DNA from: Psammoneis japonica
Lineage: Eukaryota
DNA: 64,000 bases
Assembly (NCBI GenBank): GCA_008632985.1
Contig: QPGO01000009.1
Location: 124,001-188,000, forward strand
Direction: 5' to 3'
Below the pieces are notes generated by a model. It was not told the DNA's origin, did not search any database, and saw only the letters and a program-made list of their open reading frames with translations. Shown in pieces: positions 1 through 10,900 of the stretch (the stretch's first letter is position 1; each line of letters begins with the position of its first letter). The position numbers were made by a program, and so were the translations under genes.

Positions 1-61
1 TCTCAATGACAGGGTCAATCGGATCCTTGACTCAGACTGTCACGCTGCAAACCTCAACAAT

Positions 62-2657
62 GTGACCGCAGCAGCTGCTCATCTAACTCCTGAAGAGCAG
101 AAGCAGCTGAACTTCCTCTTAAAAAGATTTGAAAACCTTTTCGATGGTTCTCCAGGCAAATGGACCGGGAAACCGGTGGATTTAAAGTTGAAATCGGGCG
201 TGAGTCCGCATCATGCCAAACCATTTCCCGTGCCACAAGCCTTGGAGGCGACTGCTCGTAAGGAGGTTGAAAGACTGTGCAAGTTGAAAGTCTTGAGAAA
301 AATGGGTTGTTCTGAATGGGCGGCTCCAACCTTTGTTCAACCCAAGAAAAATGGCAGAGTTCGGTTCTCGTCCGACTTTCGAGAGCCAAACAAGAGGTTG
401 GTTCGTGCTCCGTTTCCTCTGCCCAACATTCAGGATGTGCTGCAGAAGCTTGAAGGCTTCATGTGTGCAACGTCCCTGGATTTGAACATGGGATGCCATC
501 ATGTCGAATTGACGCCGCGCGCACGTCGCTTGTGCACGATCGTCATGCCTTGGGGCAAATGTGAGTGCTGTAGACTCCCGATGGGAATCTGTGGAGCTCC
601 AGATGTTTTCCAAGAGCACATGAGTGAGCTCATGGCAGGTCTGGAGTTCGTCAGAACTTGTGTTGACGATGTGTTGTGTCTTGCAAAAAGTGATTTTCAA
701 GACCACCTCAAGAAGCTTGAAACGGTGTTCTTGCACCTGGAACAAGCCGGATTGAAGGTCAACGCCGAGAAGTCCTTTTTCGCCAAACCCGAAGTAGACT
801 GTCTGGGCTTTCATGTCACCCGCAAGGGCATCAGCCCGATTCCAAAAAAAGCAGAAGCGATTCACGCGATCGCAACTCCCAAAACTCGCAAGGAATTGCG
901 ACGCTTTGTCGGCATGATCAACTGCTGTCGAGACATGTGGCCTCGACGATCTCATGTTTTAGCTCCCTTAGCCAAACTCACTTCTACCCAAGTAAAGTGG
1001 CAATGGACCAAAACAGAACAAAAAGCCTTCGAAAACATGAAGCGCATCATCTCCAAAGATGTGCTGTTGTCACACCCGAATTTTAACATGCCCTTTGAGA
1101 CATGTGCCGATGCTAGCAAATCTCAATTGGGGGCGGTTGTTACTCAGAAAAACCGACCAATTGCCTTCTACAGCCGCAAGCTGAATGGAGCGCAGACGCG
1201 TTGTGCTACAACGGAAAAAGAGCTGTTGTCCACAGTGGAGACGTTAAAAGAGTTCCGAAATGTGCTGTTTGGCCAACAGATAAACATGTGCACGGATCAC
1301 AAAAATCTCACACACAAAAATTTCACAACGGACAGAGTCATGCGTTGGCGTCTAATGATAGAAGAATGCAGTCCCGAAATGATGTACCTTGAGGGCAAGG
1401 CAAATGTTGTCGCAGACGCGATTAGCCGACTTACTGTGAAGAAAATAGGAAACCCTCAGCACAGAAGAGCTAGCTGAAAAGGTCCTGCCAAAATCCTACG
1501 ACAATGTCTTTCCGTTAAATTACAAAGTTCTTGATTCTGAACAAAAACGGGATAAAGACATTCTCTCCCAATTGTCAAATAAGACGTTTCATACGAAGAC
1601 TTTTCGTGGAGGCGAGCGAGACCGGTTGCTCACATGTCATAAGGATAAAATTGTCGTCCCGAGGACGTTACAAAAGGCAGTGATAGATTGGTGTCATACA
1701 TGCCTTCTTCACCCTGGCATAAATCGAACAGAAGAAACAATCTCACAACACCTATGGTGGTCCACCTTACGTGAAGACATACGAAAATACGTGTCGAGAT
1801 GTGAGACGTGCCAAAAATTCAAAAAGAAACACAAGAAATGTGGACATTTACCTCCCAAGTGCGCAGAATCCGCACCATGGGAACGACTGTGTGTGGACCT
1901 TGTTGGGCCATACAAAACACGTCGTAAGGGAAAGAAGAAACCCCTGGTCCTGAAATGTTTGGCTGTGATCGATCCAGCAACCGGATGGTTTGAAGTTGTG
2001 GAAATCCCAAACGAGGAGTCCACAGCTGCAGCTGGGCTGTTAGAACGAACATGGCCAAGCAGATGTCCTTGGCCATCGTTGATCACACATGACCGTGGAA
2101 GTGAGTTCATCGGACACCAATTTAGAGAAATGGCGCAAGATGATTGTGGCATTGAAGTCAAGCCTGTGGCTGCACGAAATCCACAAGCAAGTGCAGTTGT
2201 TGAACGCATGCATCAAGCACTGGGGAACATGCTCCGCACATTTGATTTGCAACATGCACCTCCAGACACTGAGGATCCTTTCGCTGGAATGCTGTCAGCA
2301 GTGGCATTTGCGGCACGTTCTGCGCATCACACCACTGCGCAAGCTGCGCCAGGACAACCAGTCTTCAATAGAGACATGATGTTCAACGTCCAACATGTCG
2401 CGGACTGGAAATTGGTCCAGCAGCGAAAACAAGAAATCACAAACAAAAATGACGCTCGAGAGAATGCTCGACGTGCTCCTTGCACGCACAGAGCAGGAGA
2501 AAAGACACTGCTTGAGAAAGACTTGCAAAAATTAGAACAGCCCCGTGTTGGACCGCATGCAATGACAACGGCGCACACCAATGGCACAGCACAGATCAAA
2601 CGCGGTGACGTCATTGACGCTGTCAACATTCGTCGAACAATGCCGTTTGACGACTGA
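62..2657 (+). pseudogene. Gypsy pol of copy A, inactivated
   Basis: ORFs 62-1477 and 1572-2657 are split by an 8-nt deletion near 1448 (AACCTGTG present in copy B). The RT YxDD motif reads CVDD (659-670). Confidence 0.9.
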
Positions 2658-2672
2658 CTCCAATGTGCAATT

Positions 2673-2683
2673 GGGGAGGCGAA
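2673..2683 (+). promoter_or_regulatory. Polypurine tract of Gypsy copy A
   Basis: GGGGAGGCGAA immediately before the LTR-initial TG. The same tract lies on the minus strand at about 3180-3190 for copy B. Confidence 0.8.
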
Positions 2684-3062
2684 TGCAATGTGCGTTGTCA
2701 TGCATGTGTTGTGTGTGTGTGTCCATGCATTGAATGAAAGTGCGCTTCAATCGCACGTCAATCGTGGGTTCGTACGAAGTGCAGATCAGTCACACAGAAG
2801 CAATTGGATGTCAAGAATCGCAAATGCGATCGTACGATGATGTTGACATCTCATGTGTCAATGTCAATCGCATCCGGACAATCTGTCGTCACGACCACAT
2901 TCTCCGAAAGGCCTTTTGTCTGCAGGAGCAGTGCAAAAGGTTTAGGCTGTTGAGAGCCCGTTCGGAGAAACCCAAAATGATTGCGCAGAAACAATTCTCA
3001 CAATTTTCACTTTTTGAACTTCACTCTGCTTTCGTTTGCACTCGTTCTTCGAGCATGGCGCA
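2684..3062 (+). repeat. 3' LTR of Gypsy copy A (379 bp)
   Basis: Starts TGCAATGTGC, ends GCATGGCGCA. Same length as, and alignable to, the reverse complement of 7598-7976. Confidence 0.9.
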
Positions 3063-3179
3063 CTTCTGTGTGATTGATCTGTGCTTCGCACGAACCCACG
3101 ATTGACGCATGATTGAAATGTGCTTTTGTTCAATGTGCAGATGTGCACATGTGGTGCGCACATGACAATGCACATTGCA
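3061..3179 (-). repeat. Truncated 3' LTR of Gypsy copy B
   Basis: Minus strand reads TGCAATGTGCATTGTCATG..., matching the LTR start, and stops where copy A's LTR ends. Confidence 0.85.
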
Positions 3180-3205
3180 TTCGCCTCCCCAATTGCACAT
3201 TAGAG

Positions 3206-6200
3206 TCAGTCGTCAAACGGTGTTGTTCGACGAACATTGACAGTGTCAACAACGTTGCCGCGTTTGATCTGCACTGTGCCATTGGCATGTGCCGTTGTTG
3301 TTGCATGCGGTCCAACATGGGGCTGTTCTAATTTTTGCGAGTCTTTCTCGAGCAGCATCTTTTCTCCTGCTCTGCACGTGTGAGGAGCACGTCGAGCATT
3401 CTCTCGAGCGTTGTTTTTATTTGTGATTTCTTGTTTTCGCTGCTGGACCAATTTCCAGTCCGCGACATGTTGGACGTTGAATGTCATGTCTCCATTGAAG
3501 ACTGGTTGTCCTGGCGCAGCTTGCGCAGCGGCATGACACGCAGAACGTGCTGCAAACGCTGCTGCTGACAGCATTCCAGCGAAAGGTTCCTCAGCATCTA
3601 GAGGTGCATGTTGCAAATCAAATGTGCGGAGCATGTTCCCCAGCACTTGATGCACGCGTTCAACAATTGCGTTTGCTTGTGGATTTCGCGCAGTTGTGGG
3701 CTTGACTTTAATGCCACAATCATCTTGCACCATTTCTCCAAATTGGTGTCCGATGAACTCACTTCCACGGTCACATGCAATTGACGATGGCCAAGGACAT
3801 CTGCTTGGCCATGTTCGTTCTAATGGTCCAGCTGCAGTTGTGGACTCCTCATTTGGGATTTCCACAACTTCAAACCATCCGGTTGCTGGATCGACCACAG
3901 CTGAACATTTCAGGACTGGGGGTTTTTTCTTTCCCTTACGACGCATTTTGCATGGCCCAATGAGGTCCACACACAGTCATTCCCATGGTGCGGATTCTGC
4001 GCACTCAGGAGGTAAATGTCCACATTTCTTGTGTTTCTTTTTGAATTTTTGGCACGTCTCACATCTCGACACGTATTTTCGTATGTCTTCACGTAAGGTG
4101 GACCACCGTGGGTGTTGTGAGATTGTTTCTTCTGTTCGATTCATGCCAGGGTGAAGAAGGCATGCATGACACCAACCCATCACTGCCTTTTGTAACGTCC
4201 TCGGGACGACAATTTTATCCTTGTGACATGTGAGCAACCGGTCTCGCTCGCCTCCACGAAAAGTCTTCGTATGAAACGTCTCATTTGACAATTGGGAGAG
4301 AATGTCTTTATCCCGTTTTTGTTCATGATCAAGAACTTTGTAATTTAACGGAAAGACATTGTCGCAGGATTTTGGCAGGACCTTTTCAGCCAGCTCTTCT
4401 GTGCTGAGGGTTTCCACAGGTTCTATTTTCTTCACAGCAAGTCGGCTAATCGCATCTGCGACAACACTTGCCTTGCCCTCAAGGCATGTTATTTCGGGAC
4501 TGCATTCTTCCATCATTAGACGCCAATGCATGACTCTGTCCGTTGTGAAATTTTTGTGTGTGAGATTTTTGTGATCCGCACATGTGTTTGTCTGTTGGCC
4601 AAACAGCACATTTCGGAACTCTTTTAACGTCTCCACTGTGGACAACAGCTCTTTTTCCGTTGTGGCATGACGCGTCTGCGCTCCATTCAGCTTGCGGCTG
4701 TAGAAGGCAATTGGTCGGTTTTTCTGAGCAACAACCGCCCCCAATTGAGATTTGCTGGCATCGGCACATGTCTCAAAGGGTGTGTTAAAATTCGGGTGTG
4801 ACAACAGCACATCTTTGGAGATGATGCGCTTCACATTTTCGAAGGCTTTTTGTTCTGTTTCGGTCCATTGCCACTTTGCTTGGGCAGAAGTGAGTTTGGC
4901 CAAGGGAGCCAAAACATGAGATCGTCGAGGCCACATGTCTCGACAGTGGTTGATCATGCCGACAAAGCGCCGCAATTCCTTGCGAGTTTCAGGAGTTGCG
5001 ATCGCGTGAATCGCTTCTACTTTTTTTGGAATCGGACTGATGCCCTTGCGGGTGATGTGAAAGCCCAGACAGTCTGCTTCGGGTTCAGCGAAAAAGGACT
5101 TCTCGGCGTTGACCTTCAATCCGGCTTGTTCTAGGCGCAAGAACGCCGTTTCAAGCTTCTTGAGGTGGTCTTGAAAATCACCTTTTGCAAGACACAACAC
5201 ATCGTCAATGCAAGTTCTGACGAACTCCAGACCTGCCATGAGCTCACTCATGTGCTCTTGGAAAACATCTGGAGCTCCACAGATTCCCATCGGGAGTCTG
5301 CAGCACTCACATTTGCCCCCAGGCATGACAATTGTGCACAAGCAACGTGCACGCGGCGTCAATTCGACATGACAGCATCCCATGTTTAAATCTAGGGACA
5401 TTGCACACATGAAGCCTTCAAGCTTCTGCAGCATGTCCTGAACATTGGGCAGAGGAAACGGAGTGCGAATTAACCTCTCACTCAGCTCTCGAAAGTCGGA
5501 CAAGAACCAAACTCTGCCATTTTTCTTGGGTTGAATGAAGGTTGGAGCCGCCCATTCAGAACAATTTGTTTTTCTTGAGACTTTCAACTTGCATGGTCTT
5601 TCAACCTCCTTACGAGCAGTCGCCTCCAAGGCTTGTGGTGCGGGAAATGGTTTGGCATGACACGGACTCATGCCCGATTTTAACTTTGAATCCACCGGTT
5701 TCCCGCTCCATTTGCCCAGAGAGCCATCGAAAAGGTTTTCAAATCTTTTTAAGAGGAAGTTCAGCTGCTTCTGCTCTTCAGGAGTTAGATGAGCAGCCGC
5801 TGCGGTCACATTGTTGAGGTTTGCAGCGTGACAGTCTGAGTCAAGGATCCGATTGACCCTGTCATTAAGACCAATCACTGCATGAGATTCCTCAACATGA
5901 TCGGCAATCAACTTAAAAACATCGGCATCGAAGAGTGTGCCAACATTCTTCACAGGAGCAGTTGCATCTTCCCATTTAATTTCTTCATTCGAGAAGTCCA
6001 ATGTCATCCCAAGACTTGACATTAAGTCGCGTCCCATGATCACATCATAACGACTCGAAGAAGAAGGGGAGTTGTCAACATGTGCCGTTGTTTCAATCAT
6101 CTCATGTTTGTCAAATTCGGGTGAGGAGAATTGGATCTTACATCGACTGTCAGTCGTGAAGAGCCCTCCTTTGGTTTCCCAGAGTTTGGTGGCGGATGCT

Positions 6201-6406
6201 TTTGTTCTGAGTTTCCGCGTGAATTTGCGCAAAATTATGGTTGACGATGTTCCGCCATCGAGGAGAACGCGTAGAGGCTTGTTTTTCGCCTTGCCTGATG
6301 AAGCATTCACATGGGCGACGACTGCTGGACTAGCATGAATTACTTTGGCCCTTTTTCTGGGCTTCCCAATGTCCAGCAGAGCGCAAGACTCCTCTTGCGG
6401 TGCAAG
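3206..6406 (-). pseudogene. Gypsy pol of copy B (aspartic protease, RT, RNase H, integrase)
   Basis: LLDGGTSS protease motif, CIDD RT motif, DASKSQLG, integrase core. Premature TGA at 3977-3979 where copy A has CGA (1884-1886). Confidence 0.9.
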
Positions 6407-7597
6407 TCATTCCTCGGAATCACTGCGCGTCATTTTTTCAAACTGATGATTTTCCTCGTCAAGGGTGTCAGAATCATGATCTTTGCTCTTGTGTTTTTTG
6501 TCATTGTTCGAAGAACTCGCTTTGAGCAATTTTTGAACTGCTTGGATCGCCACAGCATTCAATTCTTCTTTGCGAGCGGCGTCATCGTTATCGCGACGAG
6601 ACCACGTGCGATTGCCATTTGAACGGCGCCGTTTCGGGTCGGGTTCATAGTTCCCACGGCATTCTTTCGCAAGTCTTTTGATCGACCAGCACTTGTCCGT
6701 GTTGTGAGTGGATTTCTCGCACAAAATGCACCACTTCTCGGACTGAGATTTTTCGGCACCATGTTGGTGACCATTTTTGGAACCACGTTGGGAACCACTC
6801 TTGGCTTTTGATGCAGTGCCGCCACTGCCATCAGCCTTGGCATGAATGCCATCAAATGTGTCTTCTGCGACCTCCAGGCGCTCCAAGAACTCAGCCAGCT
6901 CGTCACAGGTGTGTTTCAAAATTTCGAAACCCTGGACGGTCGACTGACGCTGCCACTTTCGAGGTGCAAGGTTGAAGAGGATGTCCTTGAGCTCGTCGTC
7001 CTCGATCTTCTGTTCCTTCCCAAAGGGAGGACAGAACTTGAGATCTTCGTTGACTTCCTGGACCCAAGCAGCAATTTTGCGTGCTTTCATGGACTCCGGC
7101 TTCTTGAGATCACGACGCAAATGACGTTTCTGCACCGAAAGTGCGTTCTTGGGAAACACATGCCTCGTGAGATGTTGCAGGCATTTCTCGAAGCTTCCTT
7201 CCGCAGATTCGTCTTCAAGGTTCGCTGCCGCATTCTCGAAAGCATGTGGGGCGTCTCCTTGGAGTGACATGCGCATGAGACGAAACTTGTCAGATTGCTT
7301 CCTGACATTCTGGCCCACTGGAAGTTGATCATAGCTCTTGAGAAATTCGATGAACTTGGGGACACCTTGTTTCTTGTAGTGCTCAACATTGATGGTGCAG
7401 GTGCGGCTGTCCTTCTTCTCGGGATGAAAACGTTGCTCCATCTTGAGGTGCTGGCTCGGTTTGAGGCTCTTCGGCTCGGAGTTCGATTCCAGCGGTTGAG
7501 GGACGATTTTCTCCTGCCTCAACGAAGTTTTGGCGTTGGTTGCATGAGGTGAAAGCTTCATCTTGAACTTGTTGCCTTCTGTGGTGTGTGTGCACAA
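6407..7597 (-). CDS. Gypsy Gag-like protein with zinc knuckle (probably mutated; start uncertain)
   Basis: 396-codon ORF directly after the 5' LTR, containing CILCEKSTHNTDKC (CX2CX4HX4C). Confidence 0.8.
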   Translation of the reverse strand: MCTHTTEGNKFKMKLSPHATNAKTSLRQEKIVPQPLESNSEPKSLKPSQHLKMEQRFHPEKKDSRTCTINVEHYKKQGVPKFIEFLKSYDQLPVGQNVRKQSDKFRLMRMSLQGDAPHAFENAAANLEDESAEGSFEKCLQHLTRHVFPKNALSVQKRHLRRDLKKPESMKARKIAAWVQEVNEDLKFCPPFGKEQKIEDDELKDILFNLAPRKWQRQSTVQGFEILKHTCDELAEFLERLEVAEDTFDGIHAKADGSGGTASKAKSGSQRGSKNGHQHGAEKSQSEKWCILCEKSTHNTDKCWSIKRLAKECRGNYEPDPKRRRSNGNRTWSRRDNDDAARKEELNAVAIQAVQKLLKASSSNNDKKHKSKDHDSDTLDEENHQFEKMTRSDSEE

Positions 7598-7976
7598 TGC
7601 ACTGTGCTCGAAGAACGAGTGTAAACGAAAGTAGAATGAAGTTCAAAAGGTGAAAATTATGAGAATTATTTCTGCGCAATCATTTTGGGTTCCTCCGAAC
7701 GGGTTCTCAACAGCCTAAACCTTTTGCACTGCTCTTACAGACAAAAGGCCTTTTGGAGAATGTGATCGTGACAACAGATTGTCCGGATGCGATTGACATT
7801 GACACACAAGATGTCAACATCATCGTACGATCGCATTTGCGATTCTCGACATCCGGTCACTTCTGTGTGATTGATCTGCACTTCGTACGAACCCACGATT
7901 GACGTGCGATTGAAACATGCTTTTATTTGACACACAGATGTGCACACACAGTACGTGCATGACAACGCACATTGCA
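7598..7976 (-). repeat. 5' LTR of Gypsy copy B (379 bp)
   Basis: Begins TGCAATGTGC, ends GCACAGTGCA (imperfect terminal inverted repeat), contains AATAAA. Confidence 0.9.
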
Positions 7977-10900
7977 CAGGCACGCCTGGGCTGGTTGTTG
8001 TGCTCATCTCCCTTTGCCTGCATGCAGTGCCAAAACTCAACCTGGACAAAGCTTTCTCTGTTTGCTTGCTTTCTCACCAGCTTTTGTGCAGAGTGTCTGC
8101 CCACCACCCACAGACTTCGCTGAGTGAGTCAAACTTCAACACTTCAGCGGCCTCTTTTGGTTTTCATTGCTGGCCAGCTGTCATTGTCATGTTTTTGTCC
8201 ACATGCTCAGCTGACCACAGCAGATCCCAGAGGTGCTCTGTGCGCCCTTTGTCTTGCTGTGGACTCAAGCGCAAGGCCAGCATCAAGTGGTTGCTTTTTG
8301 CAAAATGAAAGCCTGTTGTTTTGCATGTTGTGTGCGACACAAGCAGCAGCTCCTTGCTGTCATTGTTGGATCTGGTGCAGGATCTGGTGCAGAGACACTT
8401 CTTGATGTTGCAGTCTGCATGTCATCACACAACAAAGAAGCCACTCAACACAAGGTCTCTGCCGCCATTGAAAAAAGGGTGGAGATGAGGCAGCTTGTGA
8501 AGGGGTTGTTTTTGAAGATCCAAGAGGCAGCCACAAGCTGCGCTGCACAGCCTTTGACAATGGCAACAAATGCCAGTTTGATCTTGCTGAAAAAGAAAAG
8601 CCCAGTTGCTTGCGGTGGTTGAGCATGAAGGGAAAGAAAAGTTTTTCATTGATCATTCCAGCACAAGCCTTGCAAAGAGGCAGAAAGCAAGCAGATTGAG
8701 AACACCCAAGAGGAGCAGAGAGCACTTTTGGCTCTGGAGCCAAATCCCATGCCAAGCTCAGATGGCAAAATGACCAGGGGGTGCGCTGACGAGTTGCTTT
8801 GCATGCTCTCAAGAAAGAATTGCTGGCAGCTGTTCTGAAGCTTGAAGCAAGCTTTGCATGCTCCAAAAAAAGAGCCCTGAACATCCAGGAGTCCAGCAGC
8901 ACATGAGACAAAAAATTGGGAGCCCCCTTGTCAAAACTCTCTTTCATGCCCTGATTTGGGCCTGATCAACATCCTTTGGTGCAATGATCTTGTGTCAGCA
9001 GCAGTGCTGCAACTTTGGTTGATGTTAAAAATGTGGGCAATGTGGCAAAAACAAAGCAGTGCTTTTGTCCAGCATGAAACTTCTCTCTCTCTTTCTTTCT
9101 CCTCTCTCTCCAACCACAAAGTGGTGTGAGCACAGAGTGAAAGTGTGGGGTGTTTGTGAGCAAATGAGCACAAAGTGTGCCAGCGCTGTGCCTGTGAATC
9201 TGGCAGTGGCTCACCTGCCCATTTCTGAGCACACTGCAACCCATGCTGTGCTCTGTCCCAGCATGGCACTCAGTGTGACTTGTTCCTCAATCAGCCAAGA
9301 GCATTGGAGCTTTGCACCCACCACATCATTTGTGCTTTGTGAGAGCTGAGTTGCATTTGTCACTTGCCCAAGACAACCTGCACTTCCAAAGCCAGGCTGC
9401 AGGTCAAGGGTCATGTGTTTTGAGCCAGCATTGCTCCCAGCACACTCTGTGGGCTCGGCACTCTCTTTGAGTTTCTTCAGCCCAGCACCAAGGGCTCAGC
9501 AATCTGACTTTCTCTCACACTCAGTGTGTGGAGTTAATTGGGCATGACAAGCTTGTGTGAGCTCCATCTTTGTTGTCATTCCACCTGCAAAGCAGGGCAC
9601 TGATCTTTGCTCCTGCAGCACAAGATCTGCTAAATCTGTTGAGGGCCCAACTGCAGTCTTGCAGCTCTCCAACAAAGTCCCTCACTTGACCACACATGGC
9701 ACCACCAGTTGCTCAATTGTCAACCCCAGTGCTGGTTCAGAGTTGGCACCCAAGGTTGCTGCATGCCCCAAGATGTGTTTTTGCACCAAGACTGCACTGC
9801 TGCTGTTGCAAAACACCCCGCACTGTGGCAAAGCAACAAGGCCATTTTGGGTCATTGAGATTTTGTCTGTGTGGGCTGCAAGAGCCTCTCCAAACTCTCC
9901 CTCTTCTGGGCTTGTTGCCACTGGTGTGTTGACAGCTTCAGCTGATCATGCAGCTCACTTGACAATTTCAAATTGTCACGTTGTGTGGGAGTTTAAAAAT
10001 GCCACCCAGAGGTGCCATTGTTTGTGTGTGGGCACACAAAGAAATGGCAAGCACCCTGTGTGTCACTCTTGCAACACATCAGACAGATGATGAGAGTTGC
10101 AGCTGTGATGAGATGCGCCAAGTGCAGACCACAGATTGCTTTGCAATGATTGTTGCCAGAATGGCAGTTGCAGGAAGGAAGCTTTTGAGCACTGCTGGTC
10201 AGGTTGAGTCCTGTTTTTTGGTGCCAGACATGGAGATGTGAGCCAGTGCTTGGTTGAGCCTGTGTCCCATGCGATGTTGCTCTTCTGCAACTCATCAGGT
10301 CCAAGCTTGTTGCTTGTGGCATGGACAAGGCACACAAGCTGTGGGTTGGCAGCAGAGTTTTTTTGGGGCTTGTTGCACAAGAGTTGAAGAGAAATGCTCT
10401 GTGAGGTTGATGGGTTGATGATCCAGGCAAGTTCATCATTGCAGCTCATCAGCTCTGAGTGCCTTGTCACAGTGTTGGCAGTGCTCAAAAGCCTTTGTCA
10501 TGGAATGTCTGACCAGCAAGAGAGTGGCCACCTGCCCGCCAACTTGCAAACCACATTTTTGATGTGGGCGAAGCAAACTGTGCTGATGGTCAATTGGTTT
10601 GATGTTCCAGGTGAGTTTGCTGATGTGGCTCATCAGCTCCAACATTGTTGTGGCACAAGCAATGCCCACAGGCATTTTTTCTTTGAATGTCTGGTGGCCA
10701 GGAAGGTGTCATCATTTGATTTGCCAAAGCAGGTGAAGCCACTGTTTTCTGCAAATCAAGGAGAAAGGCGCCATTGGGCTGACTGCTTGATGATCCAGGC
10801 GACCTCAATTGCACAGTTTTGTGAACTTGAGATCTTGACAGTGTGGGCATGCTGCTGGTTGTGGCGGTGAAAACTTCTTGCTGGGGTGCAGGCCATGAAT

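Larger units (their letters stand above)
1..3062 (+). mobile_element. Ty3/Gypsy LTR retrotransposon copy A (5' part outside the window): RT-RNase H-integrase, PPT, 3' LTR
   Basis: Domain order RT (WAAPTF..PKK, LPMG, CVDD), RNase H (DASK.QLG, TEKELL), integrase (H..H..CETC, DRGSEF, ERMH). Purine tract GGGGAGGCGAA precedes a 379-bp repeat also found at 7598-7976. Confidence 0.95.
3061..7976 (-). mobile_element. Ty3/Gypsy LTR retrotransposon copy B: 5' LTR, gag, pol, PPT, interrupted 3' LTR
   Basis: LTR 7976-7598, gag with CCHC knuckle, pol PR-RT-RH-IN, PPT, then only the first ~118 bp of the 3' LTR (3179-3061). Confidence 0.95.

Noticed and set aside
1..7976. Classical RIP or CpG deamination as the sole cause of TG/CA excess
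   Set aside because: RIP would raise TpA. Conserved Tyr positions require ancestral TA, and CpGs largely persist in these copies.
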